Origin: the human T2T-CHM13v2.0 reference genome, Homo sapiens
Strand: one strand, 5' to 3'
NCBI RefSeq assembly: GCF_009914755.1
Contig: NC_060941.1
DNA: 64,000 bases
Of this stretch, positions 30,401 through 43,584 are shown in pieces (position 1 is the first letter of the stretch; every line of letters starts with the position of its first letter). The translations under genes and the position numbers were made by a program. The notes beneath the pieces were generated by a model. It was not told where the DNA came from, did not search any database, and saw only the letters and a list, made by a program, of their open reading frames with translations.

Positions 30401-31547
30401 GGGACTTGGAAGAAACATGATTGAAAAATTGGTGACGAAAAAATTGGGGGAAGAGGTATGTAGATAGACCTCTCTGAAAGAGCAAAACATGAGGATATTT
30501 GTATCCCACATGAATGTACACCAAAGGGTGGGCTTAGCAAAGGAGGATTTAAATAATCAGGTAGATAGGATGACCCATTCTGTGATACCAGCCACCTCTG
30601 TCATTGCCCAATAGGCTTATGACCAAAATAGCCATGGTGGTAGAGATGGAGCTTATGCATGGGCTCAGCAACATAGACTTCCACTCACCAAGGCTGACCT
30701 GCCTGTGGCCACCACTGTTGTTCAATCTGGCAGAAATAGAGGCTAACACGGAACCCCAAGATATGGCACTATTTCCTGGAGTGATCAGCGAGCTATCCAG
30801 CATCAGGTTGATTACACTGGACTGCTTCCATCATGGAAGAGGCAGTTTTTTGTCCTTACTGGAATAAACACTTACTCTGGTTACGACTTTGTCTTCTCTG
30901 CATGAAATGCTTCTGCCAAAACTACCATCCGTGGGCTTACAGAATGCCTTACACACTGTCATAGTATTCCACACAGCATTGCTTCTTATCAAGGATTCCA
31001 CACAGCATTGCTTCTGATCAAAGAATTTACTTCACAGCAAAAGAAGTTTGGCAATGGGCCTAGGCTCATGCAATTCACTGGTCTTACCATCTTTCCCACC
31101 ATCTTAAGCAGTTTGCTTGATTGAACAAGGGAATGACATTTTGAAGACTCAGTTACAGTGCCAACCAGGTAGTAGTACTTTGCAGGGATAGAACAACGTT
31201 CTTCAGAAAGCTGTCTATGCTTTGAATCAATGTCTGATATATGGTGCTGTTAGTTGATAGCCAGGATTCATGAGTCCAAGAATCAAGGGGTGAAAATGGG
31301 AGTAGCACCACTCACTATTACCCAGAGTGACTACCTAACAAAATTTTTGCTTTTTGCACACCGTTCCCACACCTTTTATGCCTTGCTGGCCTAGAGGTCT
31401 TAGTTCCAGAGACAGGAATACTTTCACCAGGAGACACAACAGTGATTCCATTGAACTTGAAGTTGAAACTGCCTGCCACCTGGCCACTTTGGGCTCCTCA
31501 TGCCTCTGAGTCAACAGGCAAAGAAAGTAGTTATGGTGTTGGCTGAA

Positions 31548-31841
31548 TGGTGAATTTGCTCTCTCTGCTTGTACTGAGACATCCATCTTCTCTTGCCCTT
31601 GGTCATCATCACTCCTGGTTCTCCAGCTTTCAGGCAGACTCAGACTTACACCATTGGCCCCTGGAATTCTCGGGCCTTCAGTCTCAGACTGAATTACAGC
31701 AGATCATGGGACTTCTTGGCTTTCATAACTACATGAGACAATTCCTATACTAAATCTCCTCTATCTATCTATCTATCTATCTAAGCTAGCTAGCTTGCTA
31801 TCCTATTGGTTCCATTTCTCTGGAGAACATTGACCAATACA
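31548..31841 (+). mobile_element. MLT2 3' LTR, 5'-truncated
   Basis: Homologous to 23978-24434 (aatttgctctctctgcttg...ctggagaacattgaccaataca), with (CTAT)n inside. Confidence 0.85.
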
Positions 31842-32283
31842 GACACCTCGTTTAATATATTGTTGACTCATTAACATTGAGCTCATGGCCAAAAACACTA
31901 TAATTCATGCCTGAATGAAGTTTATCTAACAGATTTGTTTTCTTTGCAAGGTACATCACACTTTCCTGTACCTTCAGCATTATGCCTGAAGGCCATTTCA
32001 AACAGCAAAATCACCAACAACGGCTAATGCAAAAAAACGTGGTAATAGATAGACCATGAAAGAAACACTTGTTTACAATATGAGCACTGAAACAAGAACA
32101 TAAAGTATCACCCAGTTCGACCTCAGTTGAAACATGCATGTCAGACAACTCAATTTTTTGCCATTCTGCATAGGTCAGTGAGTGGCCACAAAAGCACTGT
32201 GGGTGTTGTCTTTGGAACTGCAAATAAATTTTAGCAATGGGAAATTCACAAATAGGAAATCTGCAAATAATGAGGATAGACTG
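31842..32283 (-). mobile_element. MER82, right part
   Basis: Ends ctgcaaataatgaggatagactg followed by TA. Confidence 0.75.
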
Positions 32284-34742
32284 TAACTTATCATCCATAC
32301 CAAGACACTTTTATGACTGAAGAGTTGCTATTAACAATTACACCAGGACAACTGGCATAAACTGGACTTTCTCAAGCAAATGGGGATGTATGACACCCTA
32401 ATTTTAGCTTTTGAGATTCCTTTAAGAATCTGATGAAAGCCATGAGCACACACATTTTTTATAGACAATTCCAAGGGATTCATAGACCCCAAGTTTCCTT
32501 AGGCTACACATGTCAGCCTTAAGGAACAGTTTTAAAAAATAATATACAAACTGAAATATGGTAAAAGTATGCCTAAAACTTGAGGCCAACATAATGATGG
32601 AGCAAGTTTATGCAGAGAACTCAAGGCATTCATGGACAAGGCCACTATCAACATAAAGTTGTCTATCAGGGCCATTGCCTGCTCATCTTGGATACAAATG
32701 CGTACTAAATTTGAATTCATACACAAAGAATCTCATCAGAGAAGGGAATGAAAACAGACTAGGAAGAATCCTGAAAGCCTGGCATGGACGTGTTCAGAGC
32801 CTACACCATTATCCTATTGCCAAATGCCCCCATCTTAGCACTCATGCCCACTATCCGCATCAGACATGGGGAATGTCTACAGCAAAAGAGGGGCCATCTA
32901 GGAAACAGTTTGGACTCCCCTAGTAGGGAGCTCAAGGAGAATGCCCTCCATTGCCTGGGATCAAGAACTAAAGACCACCAAAAAGTTAACTGACACTCCC
33001 ACCACCCCATACCTCACCTCCATGAGGGAAAAGAAGGCATCTATGGCCACTCATAGGAGCCACAGATAGCACTGAAAACTTACAATTCCAGTGTGATTAA
33101 ACACTGTAGGTTGATGGGGCCTGAGTGCCATTATCTTTAATCCTTCACCACACTCCTGCCCCCAGTGCTCACCTCCTCACTTGGGAGAGCACAGCTGCCC
33201 AGATGTGTGTTTCCCATTAACTCTGCTGCCTCTAGTCTGGAATAAAGAAGACATTTTCATGCCAAATTAAAAATGACTTGGAAATGGGCATTGTGTTGGG
33301 AGAATTGGCCTTTTGAAAGGGATATAAAAATGAGGGAAGCTGATTTCATCACCCGCCTACAGACAGGCCATCAAAGCATCCTGCCCCTGTGAAGCAGGCA
33401 GGCCACCTCTGCTCTTTCCCCTTTACAGACTGTGTTAGCATCTCCATTATTTACCCCCAGGGTGGGATAAAGGCACAGCGCAAAGGCTAAGATCTTTAAA
33501 CTGCCTTGAGTGCCCATTAAGCACATTAATAACATCCACTGTAGTAAGACTTACCAATATAATTTCCGACTTCAAGCCAGGAGTGAAAAAAAACGGAAGT
33601 CAGCTGAGTTTATCAACCGAGGAGACCACCTTAAATTAGAAGAGATTACTTAGTGATGGGGAAAGGAAAGAGTTAGCATGGAAGACCTCAGAACACCCTT
33701 GGCCATTATTTGGTTAGTATTTCCCCTCCCCCACACCCATGTCATTCAAGGGAGTGGGCTGCGCCAATTTGACACTAAGAGCATTTAATCAGTGATGCTG
33801 GTGTTGCAGTTTGGCCTGGGAGGGCAGGGTCCCAACACTACAAGAAGTCATATTAGGATCAATTTTAAAAGAAAGGCAATGATTTGAAAAATGGATCTTG
33901 GGATTTGTGTCAGTGCTGTAGTTGCCTGCTCTAAATGTGTGTGTTGGGGGATAGAGGTGGTGTCAGGGGAAGGAGGTTGTTTAAATTAATAAAAGACACC
34001 ACTTCCTGAAGGATTGGGTTCCAGGCAATTCACATGTCTGAACTAACCTTTACTTCACAGCTCTCCAAAACAGGTAATACTGGGTCCATTCCACAGATGA
34101 GAAGACTGAAGCTTAGAGACGTCGAGTGGCTTATGCTGGGACCCGCAAGCTGGAATAGACACTAAGACCTTCTGGGCTCTGAATGAAAGATGTGCTTTTA
34201 ACTTCTCCTCTATACCACCAGAGCCACTTGATCTCATGTGGGTAAGTGTGACTATGAGAAGAGGGAGGAAGGTTGGAGACAGATCTGTTTATTTACTGGT
34301 TTGGAACAGAAGATATTTCAGAGAAGTCTGATCCACATGCCCAGGGTATGGGGCCTCAGGCCTCAGGCCTCGGGGCTGTGTGGGGTCAGAGGAGGGCCTA
34401 GCTGGCTGCCCCCATCTCCCCTCCTCTCACAGCCCAAAGCCACAGGACCCAGCCTGCCTGTCTCCTCTCTTGCCTTCCTCATTAGCTGGGATTGGGACCA
34501 ATTTGTGGATGCCTTTGGTGCCCTTAGGCAGTGTTTGAGTCATCCTCCCTGATGCTAAAGAGAAAAGAAAGGAGGAGACAGCCATCCCCCAGGAGATTGG
34601 AGACACCGGGAGAGGGAAGCAGTGATGGATGGAGGTCAAGAGGGAGAGGCCAGTGTTCGGAGGTCATTCCCAGTCTGGCTTTCTTTAACCTCACTCTTCC
34701 CTGGGGACCTGCTCCCCCATGAGATCACGTCCCACTACAGAC

Positions 34743-36649
34743 TTCAAAAAAAATGGGCTTGCTCGAGGATCAGCCCTCACTATTTTGAGAACTGTGAACT
34801 GAGGGGACCCATACCCTTCCAGCTCCCTGGGGCTTCCTAGAGCTCCAAGGACAGAATCCAGGTAGAATTCAGCAGGATTAAGGCCAGCAAGAAGTATAGG
34901 TCTTCCTATACTAGCTCAGATGATGCAGTGTATTTGCTTCAGAACTTGACAAATACCCATGGGTCTCTGAAACTGGAGTAGGAGCCAAGTCAGGAATGCA
35001 CCATTGAATTAGCCTTAGGGATTCAGCCTGGTGCAGAAATATAGCTCCACCATTTCTAGTGGTGGGACATTGGAGAAGCTGCCTCACCTCTCTGAGACAT
35101 AATTCCATGACTTCTTATAAGAATGGAATTAAAGTGGTTACAGGGGCTTGTAAGCAATTACACACCAAAATGTTAGTTGTTGTTGTCATCAAAACTAAAA
35201 TCATGTGAAGGATAACCATCTCAAATGTCTCACTATACTGGGTTGTAAACCTGGGAGTAGCGCCCTGCACCATCATTTTATGTAAACCTCACAAGAATCC
35301 TGAACCATTTATTATCTATTCTACAGATGGGGAAATTGAGGCAGAGCTACATTAAGTACTTTACTCACTGTCATTAAACAAGGCACATGGCAAAGTTGAA
35401 ACTGAAACACATTGTATCTGGCTGCAATAAAGATACATAATTATCCCATATGCCAAAAAAAAAAAGGGGGAAGGGAATGGGGAATCTATGCGAACTGTGC
35501 AATGAAGACAGCAGGACCACGAAGACAGAGGGAGCCAAACGAAAACATTAAATGGGCCCCTCCAATAAGTCAAGCACAATGCCAGGTATTAACATAGCTA
35601 TTAATAACATAGCTATGCTATAACATAGCATCATGTCATTAAAGCAGTGAGCAAAATGTCAGGGACTGGCATGTGATCTCCAACTCAAGGTCAAAGAGAA
35701 TACTCACACTATTGGGTTGTAAGTATGAGCACTATTCATGCATTCACTCCATTATGTCTTAAGCTCCTACCATGTGCCAAGCCCAACAGCTAAAAGTTAA
35801 CCTTATCGTCTTGGGCAATTACACACCATTCTGTCATCCTCTTTCCAAATGTCTCACAGTATTACAAAAGCATCCCCAGGAGCTCCTTGCTACTCCTCAA
35901 ATTTCTCAAAAGCTTATCTGAAGCCCAAAGAAACATGGTTTAGAAACTCAATCCAAGACCCTTTCTCCCAAAGCACTCACATATCAGGGTCCGTTAATAT
36001 CTATGCATAGACTTAAATACTATCCAAGCTGCTCTGTGTATTTGTATCAAAGCAGTAGTCCTCCTACCAAAGATCCATCAAATCTGCAGTTGTCAAAATG
36101 ACATACCTTTTTATAAAACTTTTCCATACCACACTGGGACACTGAGGCATGCTCTCTTCATAGCAACCCCGTGAAGTGTGAAGACTATATGACAAAATCC
36201 TGTTCAGTGGGTTAGGGACCTGAGGTTCTTGGAATTCTAGGTAGTGAATACAGGTGCCACAGCTCCAGATGCTACAGCTAGTAAATGGCAAACACCAGCA
36301 GGAAGCCAGTCTTCTAATACTTCCTTCTAATTCTAGTGCCTTTCTCCTGAAGTAGGCTACCTGTCAAAGGCCAAGGGCACCTTTTATGAACTATCTTCTT
36401 ATAGGTGAAAAATCATCATGTGCTATGTTCAAAAAGATAGGCTTGCTTAGGGATCAGCCCTCACTATTTGGGGAACTGTGAACCAAAGGTACCCTTCCAG
36501 CCCTCAGAGGCTTCCTAGAGCTCCAAGGACAGAATCCAGATAGAATTCAGCAGGATTAAGGCCAGCAAGGAGGATAGGTCTTCTTGTACCAGCTCAGATG
36601 ATGTAATCCATTTGCTTCAGAACTTGACAAATACCCATGAGTCTCTGAA
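34743..36649 (+). repeat. Dispersed direct repeat pair: 34743-34971 and 36428-36649
   Basis: Manual alignment ~85-90% identical over ~225 bp. Confidence 0.95.
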
Positions 36650-36859
36650 GTCTAATTTGTTTATTTTGTTTATTACTATTTCAGCTCCACTTCTGCTGGG
36701 AAGGGTTGTTTAAGGGAAACTTAACAAAGGTAAACTCTCAGGACAGTCTTGGTTTGTCACTCTTACTCACTTGAGGACCTATCACTGATCATATCCCACT
36801 GAATATGGTCGACTGGAGTTAGCATAATGAATAGCAAAAAATGCCCAGTGTAGTATGAG

Positions 36860-37700
<841 letters not shown>

Positions 37701-38362
37701 AGATGAAAAAGAAACAAAGGAAAACTCAAATTGGGACCTACCCCTTGGGCCTCAAATAGAGTGCAGGCTGTTCTGGGCCTAGGCTTTTGGGGAAGGTGGG
37801 GCAAGGAGAGGGAGCTGTAAGGTGCTACATTTGACTACTCTTTTCTGAATATCATTAAAATTTAATTTTGAAATTTCTGTTCTTAATGATGTCCTAAGAG
37901 GCTTGTAAAAAATGCCTACAAGTGCAGAACCATATCAAGCATAATTATCCTGGCCAGCCCCACTGACTGAATTGCCCCAACCCTGTACCCTCTAGGGATG
38001 GTTGTCCACTTTATATATGAGTAGATATTGTGTATTGTATGACTGTTGTATATACGTACCATGAGGGAAGAACATATACCACCACATCATTAACACTGGT
38101 TACTCAAGGGAGAGATGAGGGAGACGTTCATATTTTTACTTTTATATTCCTGCATTTACTTTTTTAGTGTATTACTTTGTGATTTTTAAATTTTTTAAAT
38201 GAAAGAAACATTCATTTAGGCATAATAGAAGAAAATATGAAAAAACAAGCCAACAAAATACATCAGATGAGTCATTGTCTCCACGTTGGAAAAATCAAAC
38301 TGGACTTCTCTCTATCAAACTCTAACCAAACCAAATCCCATTTAATAGCAATATGGCATATC

Positions 38363-38492
38363 AGCCAGGCTCGGTGGTGCACACCTGTAATCCCAGCTAT
38401 TTGGTATTTGGGAGGCTGAGGCAGAATGATAGTTTTGAGCCCAGGAGTTCAAGACCAACCTATGCAACATAGCAAGACCCCATCTCATTAAA
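38363..38492 (+). mobile_element. Alu monomer (FLAM-like)
   Basis: Single Alu arm. Confidence 0.8.
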
Positions 38493-39828
38493 AGTACATG
38501 TGTATATGGCTGTCAATATCTTACGAAGAAAGTTAATAGGGAAGGGAAGTGAGGAATTAGTCTATTTTGTTTATAACCTGGAACAGTGCCTGGCCTATAT
38601 TAGGTATTCCATAAAATATTATTGAATGTGGAATGAATCGAGAGGAACTCAGGGTATACAAAGACAGGTGATTTTACTTGATTTAAGCAATTGACATTAG
38701 GAAACTGATCTGTGGCCAAATATCAATACCCCTGAGTGCAAGTAACACTGGTCTGTAATTAGCATATCAAATGTTTACGTACCTATAACTACTCCTAAAT
38801 TGCTTTTACGCATTCACTCTCCAAATATCTATTAAAGCTCCAAGAATCAGTCCCTGCCCTTAAGGGGTTTCCATCAAGCTGTGTGAGTAAACCTATAAAT
38901 CCAGTGTCAGAAAAATACTAGTTAGCAGAAATAGTCCTGGACAAAGATAGAGTCCTGGCTAAGACTTCATCTGCCATAACTAACTGTGTGACCTTTGGCC
39001 TCTCACCTTCCTGAGCTGTCAAAATGGCAGGGCTTGAGCCAGATAGATATGTCTCAAATATCTAATCTCATTATACTCCTGAGAACAGGTTCTCCAAAAT
39101 CCGGGAACCCTAGACCCCAGTTGGAGAGACCTTCCACTAAACATCACTCTCAAGTCCTTTCAGCTCACAAGTGCTGATTCCAGGCATGTTGACTTTTGTC
39201 TTTAAAGTGTCCTAAGACCAGCAAGTCCCACTCTACTAAGAGCTTCAAAACTTCCAAAGTGAGCACTGATTCTAGATTAAAAAGGTTTTCTTACCAAGCT
39301 AGCATTCTCTCTGTTTGTCATTGAACTAATGTCATGAATTTAGGTTGGTATTGAGATAATCAAGATATACATTATCCTATATTGCTCCATTTCCTTTTAT
39401 TGTCTGTGGGTAAGAGTGCAGCCTCAGAGGTGAGATAGCCCTCCATGATACTAGGTAAGTTACTAAAACTCTGTAATTCTGTTTCCTTGTCAGTAAAATG
39501 GGAATAATAACAGTTCCTACTACATAGAATTGTTATGCAGATTAAATAAGAATTTAATTAATCTTGAATTAATTAACATGGGTTGAATATTTATTAGATA
39601 GTAAATGTTCAGTAAGTTCTAGCTTTAATTATGGTGATTACTTCTGCTAGGTTATAAGCTTCTTGAAATCATGAACCACGCATATCTCAAACTTTATTAA
39701 GCAATTAGTACTTACCACAAGTTTATTATTATTCATTTATATAATAGTTATGTTTAGTAATAAGAATGACAAAAAAGAAACATACTGAAAGTAAGATTAT
39801 TGCGTTTGATTCTGGTTTCTTTATGTTA

Positions 39829-40587
<759 letters not shown>

Positions 40588-41160
40588 AAGGAGCACAGCC
40601 TTGAGATTTAGACTTAGTTCCAATCCCAGCACCATCTCTTATGAACTAGGCGACACTGAGCAAGTTACTGAATCTTTGTTAGCCTCAGTTTCCTCTTACA
40701 TCAAATAGGTATAATAATGGGATCCAGCTTGCATTCAATGCATGGACAGAAATGGTAGTTTCCCTAAACAGTGAAGGAGGGTCATGAAAAAAGGACTATA
40801 GATGTAGGATGGGAGACTGAAATTTGAGGTCCGACAAAGCAAGGGTGACTTTGAGAACACCCTCTCAGGAACTGTAGTTCCTGTTTCCTCCAGGGGTTGG
40901 GGGCTGGGAGTGGTGGTGGGGTAGGAGGCTGTGGAAGTGGGCAAAGCTCTAGCTTCCCCAGGCTGACCCCTGCTCTGATTATGTTACATTTCTCTCTTGG
41001 GTCCAGCCCTGTGCACAGCTCCAATGGGCTTCATTGCCCTGAGCTGGCATGTTGCAAGATTGAATCACAAATCAATACTGCTCTTGTTATGAATTCCAAT
41101 CTGCATTCAAAAAGTTGCAGGCCCTCCCAGGTCCCAAACCAAAGCCCTCCCAGGTCCTAC

Positions 41161-42504
41161 CCCCAACCCCTGGCTCTCGCAGCTCGCTTAATACCACAAA
41201 AAGCTGCTGCTTTTGCGTAAATATGAGGAAATTAAGTTCCTGAAAGATCTACCAAGAGGCAGCTAATGGAATAATGGCTTGGGTAAGCTTAGGTTAAAAA
41301 GAAGGAGCATTCAAGAATTAAACAGCCATCGTCATCAGTGAAGGAAAGTCACCTAGAAGTAGACCAAAAAAGGTTTTATTTCCCAAGAGTTTTATAATCT
41401 GACTTGGTGTCCTGGACTAGGAAACTGAGCTGAAAGCCCAGGGGTGTGCAGAAGCATTATGACCAAGTCACCAGCTCTAAGCTCTGAGAGCCCCAAAACC
41501 CGAATTAGGGCTGACTATCCCAACCGCCCTCACCCACCCACACATCTACCCTCACAATTCCATGTTGCATCTAACTCACCCTGCAAAGCAACGGGTGTGT
41601 TGGGACCCAGCCAGTTGGGAGCCTTTGTAAAGACAAGATCCTTTTGCTTTGTGTTTGTTTTAATTTTCCCAAGCAGCTCAGATCTAACATGAAAAGTGCA
41701 ATAAACTGGGAGTATCAGTGTCCACTGAAAATATCACTTCACAAGTGAAAATATATCCAAACAGCCAGTTGTAGTTTGAGAGGCTCTCCCTCCTCAAAAA
41801 TGCAGCTGTCACCAAAAATACATTTGAAATCTCTCTCTTCCTCACTCTCTCTCTCTCCTTTCCCTTCCTTCCTTCTTCTTCCAGCTCTCCCTCTGTCTTG
41901 CAATTTAACTTTAATTGCCCTGTCAGCTCTAAAGGCTGCTAATTGACGCCTTTTATTCTGGGTTAAAACTCCTCAGGAAGAAAAGAGCTCGCCGGGCCCC
42001 CAGATTCGACCGATTTGGCACGCTTGTCTCCCTGCGAATTGAAGCTGGGTGCTGCTAGTGCTGGGGGCAGGCGTGGGGGAGTCGCGGAGGCGGGGAGGGG
42101 GGCTGGGCAGAGGTTGGAACGTCTATTTTTAGTGAGGGTTTTATAGAGTGGATCCCTGTGGCTTGGCTCCACACTGAAATATTGTCCTCGTCTCAATGAC
42201 ATAAACACAGGGCAACTTGGAGATCTTGGCGCCAGCTCTGGCCGGAGCCTGTGAATGGGCAGAATGGTGGGATGGGAGCAAGAACCCTACTGTAATTACA
42301 AATAAATCCGCCACCCACCCCCACCCCCTGGCTCTCCCAGCTCGCTTAATACCACAAAAAGCCGCTGCTTTTGCGTAAATACGAGGAACTTAAGTTACTG
42401 AAAGATCTACCAAGAGGCAGCTAATAGAATAATGACTTGGGTAAGCTTAGGTTAAAAAGAAGGGACATTCAGGAATTAATTAAACAGCCATCGTCATCAG
42501 TGAA
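41161..42504 (+). repeat. Dispersed direct repeat pair: 41161-41342 and 42319-42504
   Basis: Manual alignment gives ~11 substitutions and one 4-bp indel in ~185 bp. Confidence 0.95.
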
Positions 42505-43584
42505 AACCACAGACGGAGGCAAAGCATGGACTCCGTCTTGAGCTCCTGGAGTAAATCCAGTGTGTTGCTTCCCTCTGAAATTATCAAGCATTCAGGCTGG
42601 CCCTGGTATGGGAGAAATTGGAACTGATAAATTGGAACCAATTAGCAACAAGGTCTCAATATGATTCTTTGGAATGTCCCCGGCCAGGCTGGATGAAGCT
42701 GTCACCCAGGGCAGCCTCAGACATGGAGCCACACTTTCCAAAGCATATTTAAATATAGCCTCGCTTCCCTCGAAATGTAATCCCAACCCTCATTTCATCC
42801 TTGGAAGCTTGGGGGGTGGAGTGCAGGGTGAGGTGGGATTTTCATAACCCCCATCCCCCACTCCCACAACCCTGTAAATAAATAAAAGATTACACCAAAT
42901 TCCATTTGAAGTTGTCAGTCCCGGAATGGAACTTTTATCCCATTATGAATTTCATGGGTGAGACCGGTCAGACTTTGAATGTGGCTAACACCTCCATTGA
43001 AAGGCCCTAATTGCAGTTGTAGGCACTGACTGTTTGCAGACACCGCACTGTACACACCTTCACATTCCTCTGAAGAAAGAGCATCCTATGAGAGCCGGCC
43101 AGGGCCTCCCCTCAAGTCAGTAGGACTGTCAAGGTTTCACTTAAACTTTAAACCAAAGTTGCCCTATTGAAGGGCCAGGTGCTAATTTGGGATTCTGAGG
43201 TTCGGCAGCTTTGCCTTGGCTGACAGGGCTGTTACTATACCCAGGGGGCTGGCTGGAGTCGTGCTTCAGCCTCAGAGGCTACCAGGAAGGGAGTCTTTCA
43301 GTCCAAATGGACCCTTGAAGGACCGCTTTTATTTTCAGATGAACTTCCTCTGAGCCTGAAAGCATCCAGGGCTTGGCTGAGCGACAAAAGAATGGAGAAA
43401 TGCGTTTTGCACACAGCTACTGGCCTACCAGAGGCAAGAAAGCTGCCTGTTAAGAGTCCCAAGGGAAGGGAGCCTCTCCCTTCACTTCGGGACTCCTGGT
43501 GGGGAACAAGCCATGGAAAGGTGGCCTATGAGGGAGAACTCTTTACAAAGTTCTGCTCCTCCCTCAATGGACACCACTAAAAGT

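Larger units (their letters stand above)
23766..31841 (+). mobile_element. Degenerate ERV-L provirus (MLT2-family LTRs, HERVL/ERVL-B4-like internal region)
   Basis: 5-bp TSD GACAC (23761-23765 / 31842-31846). Gag remnants in ORFs 25225-25536 and 27609-27860, protease motif LDTGS in ORF 28323-28589, RT motif HYIDD near 29238, integrase-like ~30850-31250 and dUTPase-like ~31380-31545. Many stops and frameshifts. Confidence 0.92.

Noticed and set aside
25225-31586. ERV-L gag/pro/pol ORF fragments as a domesticated gene
   Set aside because: Broken by many stops, frameshifts, duplications and nested insertions; the longest pieces are ~110 aa.
41249-41263. CTCF-like CTACCAAGAGGCAGC in the duplicated unit
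   Set aside because: Three mismatches to the core consensus.
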